Of a DNA stretch of 64,000 bases, positions 28,745 to 42,431 are shown piece after piece (position 1 is the first letter of the stretch; each line of letters starts with the position of its first letter). Source of the DNA: Octopus vulgaris (taxonomy: Eukaryota); the NCBI GenBank assembly GCA_951406725.2, contig OX597838.1, positions 29,326,001-29,390,000 on the forward strand, given 5' to 3'. Position numbers and translations under genes: made by a program. The notes under the pieces are model-generated. The model saw only the letters and a list, made by a program, of their open reading frames with translations, made no database searches and was not told the DNA's origin.

Positions 28745-28811
<67 letters not shown>

Positions 28812-28812
28812 C

Positions 28813-28887
<75 letters not shown>

Positions 28888-28896
28888 TAGATAGAC

Positions 28897-28972
<76 letters not shown>

Positions 28973-29010
28973 TTTCCTTATTGGTGTTGCGATTAATCTG
29001 AAATCCCAAG

Positions 29011-29210
29011 TCGGCCAACTGGCAGAATCGTTAGCACGCTGGGCAAAATGCTTAGAGTCTTCACGCTCTGAGTTCAAATTCCGCCGAGGTTCACTTTGCC
29101 TTTCATCCTTTCGGGTTCGATAAATTAAGTACCAGTTGAGTTCTGGGGTCGGTGTAATCACCTTGTCGACTTCCCCGACATTTTCAAACCTCGTGCCTAA
29201 AGGAGACAGG
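29011..29210 (+). mobile_element. SINE family B, diverged
   Basis: CTGGCAGAATCGTTAGCACGC...GAGTTCAAATTCCGCCGAGG...GCCTTTCATCCTTTCGGG. Confidence 0.85.
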
Positions 29211-29692
29211 ATTAATTTGAAACCCCAGCGATTAGTTCCATTGGTAAATCTCCACCAAAACCGCTTACGTACACAATGACTGAGGCAAAAATAAATCAGC
29301 ATATGAATAAACAAATGAACGACTAAATAAATATATAAATAAATAGGACTTAGATTTTAAGTGACAAGTATAATGGATCAAATCCCTGTCGTGCTATTTG
29401 TCTGTCAGATAATGTTTCTTTTTTTTCTTTTTATCTTTTGATAGATTTTATTTGGTTATGAGATCCGCCAAGTTTTTCTCTCCCTCTCTCTCTCTCTCTC
29501 TTCCCTACTCAATCTGTCTGTCAGTCTCTCGCTGTCTCTCTGCCTCTCTCTTTCTCTCTCTCTCTGCGACTGTCTGTTTCCTCCCACTTCCTCTCTTTTT
29601 CTGTGTCTTTGTCTGTCTCTGTCTTTCTATCATCTCTTCTCCACCTTTCTTACTCTCTCTCCCACCCTATCTCTCCCTCTCTTTCTTTCTAA

Positions 29693-29729
<37 letters not shown>

Positions 29730-29912
29730 CCTATCATTTCTCCTCCTCCACCTCTCTTTCACTCTTTCTCTCCTTCTCTCTCTGCGACTGTCTCTGTTTC
29801 CTCCCACTTTCTCTCTTCTTCTGTCTTTGTCTGTCTCTGTCTTTCTATCTATCATCTCTTCTCCCCCTTTCTTCCTCTCTCTCCCACCCTATCTCTCCTT
29901 CTCTTTCTATCT

Positions 29913-29954
<42 letters not shown>

Positions 29955-30351
29955 ACCTATCATTTCTCCTCCTCCCCTCTCTCTATCTATCTATCTACCT
30001 ATCATTTCTCCACCTCTCTCTCTCACTCTTTCTCTCCTTCTCTCTCTCCCTCTCCCTCCTTATCCTACAACGCCACTCCAAATGTGAGCAATTATTTCAT
30101 CTTTTCTCCAAGTGCCTGGATTAAATCGTGTCTAGTGTAATAATGTTCAGCTTCGCTGCAGATGAATGCAACACTTGAGAGAGACGCTGCCGTTATCCTC
30201 CTCTCCCAACGTTTCCTTCTTTCACACGTTTATCGTCCATCCAAGCGGACTGGCCAAAATGTCATTGTTAGCCATTATTAAAAGGTTATTACCGTTTGCA
30301 AATTACCATTAGACTCTTGTCTTCTGAACAACAAACTATTTCGCTGTTTCT

Positions 30352-31822
30352 GCTTTGTTTTGTCTTTTACGGCATCGCCGATTAGCAGGTCTCATGTTCC
30401 GGAGTTCGTGTCTCACTGTCGGCAGAACCGTCTTAAGGTATCATGACACTAGTTATGCTTACCCATGGGGGCCCCGAGTGCGTTTAATGACCTTTTGTTT
30501 TGCTTTTACGGCATCACTGATTGCAGGTCTCATGTTCCGGAGTTCGTATCTCACTGTCGGCAGAACCGTCTTAAGGTATCATGACAATGGTTATGCTTAC
30601 CCAGGGGGGCCCCGAGTGCGTTTAAGGACCTTTTATTTTGCTTTTACGGCATCACTGATTGCAAGTCTCATGTTCCGGAGTTCGTGTCTCACTGTCGGCA
30701 GAACCGTCTTAAGGTATCATGGCGAGCTGGCAGAAACGTTAGCACGCCGGGCGAGATGCTTAGCGGTATTTCGTCTGCGTTACGTTGTAAGTTCAAATTC
30801 CGCCGAGGTCGACTTTGCCTTTCATCCTTTCGGGGTCGATAAATTAAGTACCAGTTACGCACTGGGGTCGATGTAATCGACTTAATACCTATGTCTGTCC
30901 TTGTTTGTCCCCTCTGTGTTTAGCCCCTTGTGGGTAATAAAGAAATGGGTTCTGCTTACCCATGGGGGCCCCGAGTGCGTTTAAGGACCTTTTGTTTTGT
31001 TTTGCTTTTACGGAATCACTGATTGCAGGTCTCATGTTCCGGAGTTCGCGTCTCACTGTCGGCAGAACCGTCTTAAGGTATCATGACAATGGTTATGCTT
31101 ACCCAGGGGGGGCCCGAGTGCGTTTAAGGACCATTTGTTTTGTTTTACGGCATCACTGATTGCAGGTCTCATGTTCTGGAGTTCGTGTCTCACTGTCGGC
31201 AGAACCGTCTTAAGGTATGATGACACTGGTTTTGCTTACCCATGGGGGCCCCGAGTGCGTTTAAGGACCTTTTGTTTTGTTTTGCTTTTACGGCATCACT
31301 GATTGCAGGTCTCATGTTCCGAAGTTCGTGTCTCACTGTCGGCAGAACCGTCTTAAGGTATCATGACACTGGTTATGCTTACCCATGGGGGCCCCGAATG
31401 CGTTTTAGGACCTTTTGTTTTTACGGCATCACTGATTGCTGGTTTCATGTTCCGGAGTTCGTATCTCACTGTCGGCAGAACCGTCTTAAGGTATCATGAC
31501 ACTAGTTATGCTTACCCATGGGGGCCCCGAATGCGTTTTAGGACCTTTTGTTTTGTTTTGCTTTTACGGCATCACTGATTGCAGGTCTCATGTTCTGGAG
31601 TTCGTGTCTCACTGTCGGCAGAACCGTCTTAAGGTATCATGACACTGGTTCTGCTTACCCATGGGGGCCCCGAGTGCGTTTTAGGACCTTTTGTTTTTAC
31701 GGCATCACTGATTGCAGGTTTCATGTTCCGGAGTTCGTGTCTCACTGTCGGCAGAACCGTCTTAAGGTATGATAACACTGGCGACGCTTGCCCGTGGGGG
31801 TCCCGTGTGCGTTTAAGGACCC
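30352..31822. repeat. Tandem satellite, 9 units of 133-143 bp
   Basis: Units (ACGGCATCACTGATTGCAGG...CGAGTGCGTTTAAGGACC plus a T-rich linker) start at 30369, 30508, 30646, 31010, 31147, 31290, 31423, 31566 and 31699. Confidence 0.95.
30721..30946 (+). mobile_element. SINE family B inserted in satellite unit 3
   Basis: GGCGAGCTGGCAGAAACGTTAGC...GGGTAATAAAGAAAT interrupts the unit just after GGTATCAT. Confidence 0.9.
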
Positions 31823-31876
31823 AGTGTAAATCTATACATTCTATAGTCGTGTTGTGCTTATAGGGGCCATGGTGAA

Positions 31877-32170
31877 GGCACGTGGCTTAGTGGTTAAAGT
31901 ATTCGGCTCACAGTCGTAAATACGTAGGTTCGATTCCTTGCGGCGTGTTATGTCCTTGAGCAAGACACTTTATTTTCACGTTGCTCAAGTCCACTCAGCT
32001 GGCAAAAAATGAGTAGTATGGCCTTTAGTCGAAGAAATCGCCCCAGGACTTATTCTTTGTAAGCCTTGTACTTATTCCATCGGTCTCTTTTGCCAAACCA
32101 CTTAGTTACACGGACGAAGATTCACCGACATCGGTTGTCAAGCGTTGGTGGGGAGGACAAACACAGACAC
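31877..32170. mobile_element. Family-C SINE 5' part (+) followed by a family-A fragment (-)
   Basis: GTGGCTTAGTGGTTAAAG...GGTTCGATTCC...CTTGAGCAAGACAC, then ccaggacttattctttgtaagcc... Confidence 0.75.
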
Positions 32171-32183
32171 ATACATACATACA

Positions 32184-32594
32184 TGGTGGCTGCCCCCTCG
32201 TTATCGAGTATGGCCATTGCACGAAGCTTAATCAATGTTGTTATTGTGCAATGCCTGTGCAAGAAGATTTTTTTTAAAGTGAGGAAAGGCTGTGCACTGA
32301 GTCAATCCCACTCACTAAACAACAGCATCCATAGTCCGAAAAGAAGAACAAGTCAACATCATCGGAAACCACTGAGCCGCAGGTTTTATGTCGGAGATAT
32401 CCCAGTTACCTGAGCTACCTTCTCCTAGAAGGATGCCCTAACAAAGGCTAGGAGTCCTTCACTCCCAATAGTTTAACCGCGCGATCGGGTATTCAGTCCG
32501 AATATTTCTATGTCCCCGCGCATGATACGGCCTTAAGCCTTAAAAATATACACATTTATTGGATGGCCGTTGACTCTCAAGAGTTCCTCCGCCC

Positions 32595-32597
<3 letters not shown>
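32184..32597 (-). mobile_element. Probable non-autonomous RTE-derived retroposon inserted in (TACA)n
   Basis: About 410 bp of complex sequence flanked on both sides by (TACA)n. The minus strand contains CTAGCCTTTGTTAGGGCATCCTTCTAGGAGAAGG, which resembles the conserved RTE 5'-UTR motif (from recall, not searched). Confidence 0.45.
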
Positions 32598-32629
<32 letters not shown>

Positions 32630-32654
32630 CATACATACATACATACAAACATAC

Positions 32655-32715
<61 letters not shown>

Positions 32716-33156
32716 CATACATATATATATATATATTTATATATATATATATGAGTGTGTGTGTGTGTGTATGTGTATATAATAAGGGGTTGTGTTTATA
32801 ATTATATAAAAACATTTTGTATAAGTTTTTAACGATAATAGTGTTTTTTTTCCATACCGAAGCTACTTGGTAAAATTTATTAATTATTAAATTAATAATT
32901 CTTTACCCTACATCTATAATATATATATCAATAATGATAATAATAAACAGTATGGAGACTTGTACATCCACAAAATTTATTTTATAGTTATATACATCAT
33001 ATTATAATGACCTACACGTGTTTCCGCTGCAGCGACTACGATTGTTGCAATGAGTTAGATACGGATTGTAGTGGTTAGCCGTTAACGGGAACTTAACTGC
33101 GAGCTAATACGGTGTCCGCCCGGATAAAATATTCCTCCAAACTCACTTTTATATAC

Positions 33157-33204
<48 letters not shown>

Positions 33205-33206
<2 letters not shown>

Positions 33207-33619
33207 TCTTTTACTCTTTTACTCTTTTACTTGTTTCAGTCATTTGACTGCGGCCATGCTGGAGCACCGCCTTTAATCGAGCAAATCGATCCCAGGACTT
33301 ATTCTTTGCAAGCCTGGTACTTATTCTATCGGTCTCTTTTGCCGAACCGCTAAGTTGCAGGGACATAAACACACCAGCATCGGTTGTCAAGCGATGTTGG
33401 GGAGGACAAACACAGACACACAAACACACACATACATATATATGCATATACATATATACGACGGGCTTCTTTCAGTTTCCGTCTACCAAATCCACTCACA
33501 AGGCTTTGGTCGGCCCGAGGCTATAGCAGAAGACACTTGCCCAAGGTGCCACGCAATGGGAGTGAACCCGGAACCATGTGGTTGGTAAGCAAGCTACTTA
33601 CCACACAGCTACTCCTGCG

Positions 33620-33621
<2 letters not shown>
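33205..33621 (-). mobile_element. SINE family A, full length, in (TA)n
   Basis: Complete head-to-tail match to the other family-A copies. Confidence 0.9.
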
Positions 33622-33658
<37 letters not shown>

Positions 33659-33931
33659 TCAAAATAAGCAACAATAATAACTTCGGTAATTTGGTACGAT
33701 CGTTTCACGCTACATCATTTTATTAAATATTGTAAGTTTTACAACAGTTTTAAAATGTTGACCAATCATCAGCCATTTATAGAGGTTTTCCATTAATACA
33801 TAATTTTCATATTAATTGATAACATTATAGAGGATTGTAACCACCCCATGGATTTATATGGATAACACCATACAAAATTCTGGTGCATCAAAGTTAAGTA
33901 CCATATTCATTTGAATCTAAATTCTGCTGAA

Positions 33932-33979
<48 letters not shown>

Positions 33980-34226
33980 GCTAGTCAGGTATGTTTCGAC
34001 CCTAACTGATTCATGAGCCGACAGTTTCTTCCGGCTTTCGAGGCTTTTAAAGCGACGGAGAACACGAGAATCTTCACCAGAATATATAAATGTGGGGAAG
34101 TGATGTATTATGTGGGTGTGAGTATGGGAGTGTGTATGAGTGTGTGTGGGGGGACTGGTGTTTATATGCATATATGCGTGTACGTATGTATATATATATA
34201 TATGAAGGTATATATATATATATATG

Positions 34227-34309
<83 letters not shown>

Positions 34310-34923
34310 GTATGTATATATATGTATATGTATATCTATCTATCTATATATATATATATATATATATATGAAAGTATATATCGTTGTTCGTTCCATTTTC
34401 ATTTATTTATTTATTTATTTTCTTTTTCTCTTTCTAATGTCTGTGTTTCCTTCTTTCATTCCCGATTTCTTTTTCAATATATTTGATTCCTTCCCATTCT
34501 GGTTCTCTCTCTCTCTCTCCCTCTCTTTCCCTCTCTGTTTCTCTTCTATTTTCCCTCCCTCACGATCACGCTTCTATCTTGTCTCCCTTTCTCTCTTTCT
34601 CTCTCTCTCTCTTTCTCTCTATATTTCTCTCCCTCTCTTTCCCTCTCTGTTTCTCTTCTATTTTCCCTCCCTCTCTCTCCCTCACGATCACTCTTCTATC
34701 TTGTCTCCCTTTCTCTCTTTCTCTCTCTCCCTCTCCCTCTTTCTCTCTCTATTTTTCGCCCTCTCTTTCCCTCTCTGTTTCTCTTCTATTTTCCCTCACG
34801 ATCATTCTTCTATCTTGTCTCTCTTTCTCTCCCTCTCTCTCTATTTCTCTCCCTCTCTTTCCCTCTCTTTCCCTCTCTGTTTCTCTTCTATTTTCCCACA
34901 CGATCACTCTTCTATCTTGTCTC

Positions 34924-34959
<36 letters not shown>

Positions 34960-35703
34960 TTATAAGTCTTTCCTTTTCTAAATTCATAGACACAGAGAGA
35001 GAGACAGACGGAGAGAGAAAGCGAAGAAGAATCAGCTACAGAGAAATAAAGAGTCAACCGTAACCGCAAAGGAAAAGAGAATCGTTGTGTGTGTGAGAGA
35101 GATGGTGGGGAGAGAGAGAAATGAAGGAAAATATACGAACGACAAATGAGAGCAGCAGATAAATGACCTGCATTGATTGAAATGGTAGACGGCCGAGAGA
35201 AAAGCAACTGGAAGAAAGTCTAATGGTGTCAGACATTTTACACCGGAAGTGGTGCTGCTTCAACACAAATACAAAATGTTTTCTACATTTACGAGTAATG
35301 TCTTCTGTAGCATCGCAAATTGAAATGGCATTCAGAGTTTATTTAGACAAAAAAACAAGTTCAGCCGATGTGATACCAGCTAAATATACAGAGAGAATAG
35401 AATAACTTATTACAGACATGAAAAAAAGAAAAGAAAAGAAAAAAATCAAAACAATAAAACAACGAAATATGAAGACGGTAACCACAGAGATGAGTCGAAG
35501 TCGGAGTGAACATAGACACACAAACAGTAAAATATACACAGCAGGGACTTTCATTGTGTATAATTTTTTTTTTTTACATCCACATACATACATAACAAAA
35601 ACAACAACAATAACAACAACAACAGCAACAACAACAACAACAACATACATACATACATACCAGCAGCAGCAACAACAACAATAATAACAACAACAACAAC
35701 AAC

Positions 35704-35798
<95 letters not shown>

Positions 35799-35800
<2 letters not shown>

Positions 35801-37754
35801 CCGCAAAGGCTCATATGGTTGTAAAGATCAACTAATGATTAATAAAGCCATAACTGAAGACAGCCACAAAAAGAAGAAAGGCCTCAGTATGGCCTGGATT
35901 GACTACAAAAAGGCGTTTGATAGCATCCCCCACACATGGATCCTCGAAACACTAGCCATTAACAAAGTAGCACCAACAATCATAAAATTCATATGAATAA
36001 ATGGCAAACAGTCCTACACCTCCAAACAAAAGAGGGACTCATGAAAACCAAAGACATCCCCATTAGAAGAGGAATATTCAAGGGAGACACTCTCTCTCCA
36101 CTCCTTTTCTGCTTGGCACTGTCACCTCTATCTGATATACTAAATAGAACTGGATGCGGATATAAATGTTACGACAAAACGATCAGCCACCTTTTATATA
36201 TGGATGACCTAAAACTATACGTTGCAAATGACAAACAGCTGGAAACACTATTAAAGACAGTTCATGGATTTACCAAAGAAATAGATATGAAATTTGGATT
36301 AGAAAAATGCGCCAAAGTAACCATGAAAAGAGGAAAACTAGTTAAGAGTAGCAACATCACACTAGATAAAACCAATGAAATAAAAGAATTAGACCAAAGC
36401 CAAACTTACAAATACTTAGGAATCCATGAACTAGATAAGACACAACACACACAAATGAAAGAGAGAATAAAAAAAGAATATTATAGACGAGTTAGATCAA
36501 TACTAAAAACAGAGCTCAATGCTAAAAACAAGATAATAGGTATTAACACTTTAGCTGTCCCAGTTATAAGTTACAGCTACAATATCCTTAACTGGACACG
36601 AAATGAACTGACCAAAATAGATAGGAAAACAAGAAAAATAATGACAGGATCTAGGATGCATCACCCAAAATCTGACATAGAAAGACTATATATACAACGT
36701 ATAGAAAGTAGTAGAGGCCTTATACAACTGGAAAACTACTATAAAATAACCACCATAGGACTGCAAAAATATCTACTTCAGAAGGAAGGAAAACTGATAC
36801 AAATAGCGGCAAAACACGAGCAAAACAAAAAACTGTTCTCAGTATTTAAGGAAGCTGACAAATACAAACAAGAAATCATACCACCTAATAAATATGAAGA
36901 AGAAGAAGAAGATGAAGAAACAACAAAAGCTATAAAAAAATTAAATCCAAACTAAAAATAGAACAGCAACGAACCATGATAAAACGATGGCAAGAAAAGC
37001 CCCTTCATGGTAAATACTGGACTAAACTAAACGCAAAAGAAATAGACAAAGAAAAATCCCAGCAATGGTTGAGAAGCTCAGGACTCAAAGCAGAAACAGA
37101 GGGATTTTTAATTGCAGCACAAGACCAAAACCTCCCCACCAGAAATTACCAAAAACATGTAATGAAAAGAAATATAACAAGTAACTGCAGAATATGTGGA
37201 GATCGACAAGAAACAATAAATCATATTATCTCTAGCTGCCCAGTCCTGGCTAAGAAGGAATATATTCACAGACATGACAGAGTTGGAACCTACATACATT
37301 GGAAGCTATGCCAACATTATGGAATAACAACAGAAAAAAGATGGTATAGGCACACACCAGAAAAGGTCACAGAAAACGAGAAAGCAACCATACTCTGGGA
37401 TATGCCGATACACACAGATAGAGAAATTAAGGCCAACAGGCCAGATATAGTTATCAGAGATCATGAAGAAAATAAATGCTTTCTAATTGATGTATCAATA
37501 CCGGCAGATGACAACGTGTCTCTAAAAGAAATGGAGAAACTCTCAAAATACAAAGACCTGGAAATAGAGGTAACTAGAATGTGGAATCTGAAAACAGAAA
37601 CAATTCCTATCATAGTAGGTGCATTAGGCATGATAAAAAATATTCAGACAAATACATAACAAAAACACCAGGACTTACAAACACATATAACATACAGAAA
37701 ATTGCACTACTAGGCACTGCACACATCCTACGCAGAACACTTTCCATACAATAA
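35799..37754 (+). pseudogene. Disrupted RT/restriction-like endonuclease ORF of the Dong-like element
   Basis: Four frame segments: 35799-~35990 (CRKGSYGCKDQLMINK...), 35993-~36940, ~36941-37640 and 37641-37754 (...QKIALLGTAHILRRTLSIQ*). The three frameshifts are near 35990, 36940 and 37640. Confidence 0.9.
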
Positions 37755-37842
37755 CCATCAGAGCATCACAACAAATCACAGCACATACCCAAGGCACACA
37801 GAGCTGCGCTCGGTAGTGAAGTGAAAGCACGCTATAAAAAAT
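35799..37842 (+). mobile_element. R4/Dong-clade non-LTR retrotransposon (RLE type), 5'-truncated, in (TAA)n
   Basis: RT motifs AWIDYKKAFDSIPH, RRGIFKGDTLSPLLF, HLLYMDDLKLY, YKYLG. CCHC knuckle CRICG..ETINHIISSC. Nuclease motif RPD...LIDVSIP...K.SKY. About 90 bp of 3' UTR. (AAT)n arrays on both sides, as known for Dong. Confidence 0.93.
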
Positions 37843-37854
37843 AATAACTACAAC

Positions 37855-37946
<92 letters not shown>

Positions 37947-37968
37947 CAACAATAACAATAACAATAAC

Positions 37969-38032
<64 letters not shown>

Positions 38033-40204
38033 GTCTTTATGCAGTACCAGACAGTGGCTCTCATGGCTTCTGATCTTAACTGATTGGAATTGTTATCATG
38101 TACATGTTTTGTCTTGTAAAAGATGGGACACAGCAAATATTCTGCTCAATACCACAGATTTGCTCGATGGTAAGACGATATTGTTAACTAATTTGGATCA
38201 AAATGGAAAAGGATGGTGCGATCAAGACAGAATCGAAAGTGCATTGTGGTCAGCGTTATATAACACCCTCTGATGGTCTGGTTGATACTGTGCCTGTGAT
38301 ACTATGAAATATATTTACTTATTTTGCCTCCGGCCTTGAATTTGTGATCGAACGAGAGAGGGTCTCTTCTCGTTTAAACAAGGTAAAAAAACTCGCATAT
38401 TTAGTTATTTATTTAAACATTTTTGTCATTTTTCCTTCACACACATCCATACCTGTGTTAATAAACGAATATATATACGCACACAGGCACATGCACACTC
38501 ACACACACACACATACCATACACATACATAGACATATAGAGAGAGCTGTACGCATGCGTATATGTGTGTGAGTCAGTGTTGAAGTTTAAGGCCTTGTTTA
38601 AATATAGCAAAACGTATGAATATTTTTTCTTCCAGAAAATTTATGAATATTTAAACATTTAAATTACAATATTTCACTGATAACAGCTTCAACGAGGAGA
38701 ATAACAACAACAATAACATCGGAAATGGCTCCTCCCCACCTCCCTCCGAAGAATAGATGTAGTGAAAATGTGAGACAGGAGGACAGAAGAGATGCAAGGA
38801 AGATAGAAGGAGAGGAGGAAAGCTGGAGAGAGAAAGGAAGAAGGAGGGGAGGGAGGGAAGAATGAGAGAGAGAGAGTGGAAAGGGTAAAAGTGGGTGAGA
38901 GAGGGGGAGAAAAAGAAAGTGAGGAAGAGAGAGAGAGAGAGAGAGAGGTGAAATGCAGGAGAGAGAAAGGGAAAAAGTGAAAGATAGAGAGAGGAGAATG
39001 AGAGAGAGAGAGAGAGGGGGATGGGGTGAAGTGGGAGACAGAAGGCTGGAAAAGGAAAACGAGGGAGGAAAGGATGGAGGGAGAGAGAGAGAGAGAAGTA
39101 AAACGCGGGTGAGAGACAGAGGGGAAGTGAGAGAGAGGGGAAATGTGGGAGAAAGAAGGAAAGAAAGCGGGAGAGAGAGAAAGAAGAATGGGAGAAAGAT
39201 GGAAAGGGTGAAAGTGGGAGAGAATGGGAAAGCGAGCGCGAGAGAGCAAGAAAGAGAAGGAAAACGCTTGAGAAAGAAAGAGGGAAAGTGAGAGAGAGAG
39301 AGAGTGAGAAGAGATAAGCGGGAGAGAGAGGGAGAGAAAGACAGTATGAGAATGATAGGGTGAAATCGAGAGAGGAGAGAGAGAGAGTGATAGCAAGAAA
39401 TCTGCAGAGTGACGGTGAGAAAATGGGTAGGAGAGAGAGTGAGACAGAGAGAGACAGAGAGACAGAGACAGAGTGAGAAAGACAGAGTGAGAGAGAGAGT
39501 GAGAAAAAAGGTAAGAGAGAGAGAGAGAGAAATGGATAAAAGAGAGAGAAAATGGATGAGAGTGAGAAAATGGGTAAGAACGAGAGAGAAAAATAGATAA
39601 GAGAGAAAACAATGGATGAGAGAGAGAGAGAGAGATAGAAAAATAGATAAGAGAGAAAACAATGGATGAGAAAGAGAGAGAAAAATGGATGAGAGAGAGA
39701 GAGATAGAAAAATAGAAAATGGGTATGAGAGAGAGAAGAAAAACGCAGGAGAGAGAAAGAGGGGGAAATCGGAGAGACACAGAGAGAGAATTGTGGGAAG
39801 AGTCTTGCTTATCTGCTTGCCTTCTATTCATTGCATGCTATGAGCAATGTTTAAATTCTTGTAACTCTAACCATTCCGCAATGGTAAAAACAAAAATGGA
39901 GAGAACGATACAAGCACACAATAATAACAACAACAACAAGCCATAATTTATTAACCTTAAGACCTTCAGTTCCATTGTAAGTAACGAAGCTTTCCGTTTT
40001 GTCGAGAAGGCGGAAAGGCCATCTGGAAACAATGGCGTTGTTCCGTTTTGGCTGTTGTTGTCACTATACAAACTCTTTTGCTTACTGTCAACGATATATC
40101 TTTACTTCGTTTCTAGCTTTCCTAGTTTATAGATCCAGTAACTGATTCACTCAAACATTCGACACCTGCTGGCCATCTTAACTGTCTTTTTGTCATATAA
40201 ATCA

Positions 40205-40361
<157 letters not shown>

Positions 40362-40414
40362 AAACAAAATGCTAATTCGAGAAACATGTTGCTGGTGTTA
40401 ACATGTCGGCCGTC

Positions 40415-40665
40415 TTTAACCGCTTTTAACCACTTTTAGCCGCTTTTAACCACATTTAACTACTTTTAACTACGTATAACCACATTTAGCCACATTTAAC
40501 AGCTTTTAACCACTTGTAATCACATTCAACCGCTTTTAACTGCCTATAGCCACATTTAGCCACTTTGAACACTTTTAACCACTTTTAGCCGCTTCTAACC
40601 ACTTTTAACCACTTTTAACCGCTTTTAAGCACTTTTAACTGCTTTTAACCTTTTTTAACTACTTC
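40415..40665. repeat. 10-bp minisatellite (CCRCTTTTAA/G), about 25 copies
   Basis: ccgcttttaa ccacttttag ccgcttttaa ccacatttaa ... Confidence 0.9.
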
Positions 40666-40757
40666 AAAGTACTCTCATTTTATTGTTTTTATCGGAACGT
40701 GTCCTGCTAAAAACTAGCAAATGTTTAAATACCAAATTTATAGCAAAACAAAGATCT

Positions 40758-40795
<38 letters not shown>

Positions 40796-40840
40796 TCTCT
40801 CTCTCTTTCCCTCCCTCTCTCTCTTTATTTTCTCTTATTC

Positions 40841-40961
40841 CTTACTGTTGAAGAGCGTAGGCTCGAAACATAAGACTTTTTCATTTTACCCGAGCGTCAA
40901 ACTAATACACTTGCTTGCTGTTCATATACCTGTCTTCGTCTTTTGTTTTTCTATAAATTTC

Positions 40962-40966
<5 letters not shown>
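40841..40966 (+). mobile_element. Penelope-like terminal repeat fragment with hammerhead-like motif (40841-40876)
   Basis: CUUA-CUGUUGA-A-GAGC-guag-GCUC-GAAA-ca-UAAG. Stem III is damaged. The fragment ends at (TA)n. Confidence 0.6.
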
Positions 40967-41027
<61 letters not shown>

Positions 41028-41048
41028 ATATGTATATATATATATATG

Positions 41049-41114
<66 letters not shown>

Positions 41115-41116
<2 letters not shown>

Positions 41117-41533
41117 CGCAGGAGTGGCTGTTTGGTAAGTAGCTTGCTAACCAACCACATGGTTCCGGGTTCAGTCCCACTGCGTGGCATCTTGGGCAAG
41201 TGTCTTCTGCTATAGCCCCGGGCCGACCAATGCCTTGTGAGTGGATTTGGTAGACGGAAACTGAAAGAAGCCTGTCGTATATATGTATATATATATAAGT
41301 GTGTGTGAATATGTCTGTGTTTGTTCCCCTAGCATTGCTTGACAACCGATGCTGGTGTGTTTACGTCCCCGTCACTTAGCGGTTCGGCAAAAGAGACCGA
41401 TAGAATAAGTACTGGGCTTACAAACAATAAGTCCCGGGGTCGATTTGCTCGACTAAAGGCGGTGCTCCAGCATGGCCGCAGTCAAATGACTGAAACAAGT
41501 AAAAAGAGTAAAAAGAGTGTTAAAAAGAGTAAA
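41115..41533 (+). mobile_element. SINE family A, full length, in (TA)n
   Basis: Complete head-to-tail copy, near-identical to 56351-56763. Confidence 0.92.
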
Positions 41534-41647
<114 letters not shown>

Positions 41648-41710
41648 GTATATATATGTTTGTATGTATGTATGTGTATATGTATATATGTATATATATA
41701 TATATATATA

Positions 41711-41751
<41 letters not shown>

Positions 41752-42431
41752 GTTTGTGTGCAGTGGTGTATTTTTCCCCCTTCAATGACTAAATTTGAAA
41801 ATTCGATTCGTTCTTTTTTACCAATATTGATTCCAATTTGAATTTCTGTTATTTGATTATTGGAATAAAATTAAAGAATTTCTTCGTTACCATTTATCAT
41901 GAATATCTTGCAGTCTGTGTCGGAAGGTTATCGTTATTTGGCTCATTGTGAATTTTGCTTTGTTCGCATATATAAATATAAATATAGATATAGATATGTG
42001 TATGCGCGTATATATGTACATATGCATGTGTGTGTATGTATGTTCTATTTTAAATCATTTAAATTCTTACATTGAGGAAGGAGTTGGTGTCTAACAAAGA
42101 TACAAAACTCCATCGATATTACGTTTTAAATTTGAGTAAAGTCTTGCACATTTTTACTGTTCCGCTTACAGAATCTATTTGTGATGTACGAGTTGGCTGG
42201 TTGATTTCTTTATCATAAAATCCAAGCTTATCCAAGCTGTCTGTTAGGCATTTACTCATTAAACCAAGTGCTCCAGTCATTATTGGTTAAATATAAATTT
42301 GTAATCTGGATTTAGAAGCTGGCGGTCTGCTAGAAATGATAGCCATAAATCTTCATAGCTTTCCTCTCATTACCACCATAACCTTTAATAACAAATAATT
42401 TTATCGGATATTATATTCTCTAATGCACATA

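Noticed and set aside
30352-31822. Tandem array as a CRISPR array or a coding repeat (ORFs 30355..30876 etc.)
   Set aside because: There are no unique spacers and no cas genes, the context is eukaryotic, and unit lengths of 133-143 bp break the reading frame.
33970-34085. Minus-strand GUGAAGA...GAAACAUAC motif
   Set aside because: The 3-8 pair is mismatched and stems I and III are not convincing.
30352-37842. Functional linkage between the 138-bp array and the downstream reverse transcriptase
   Set aside because: They are 4 kb apart with unrelated repeats in between, and the RT is a self-contained 5'-truncated Dong insertion in (TAA)n.
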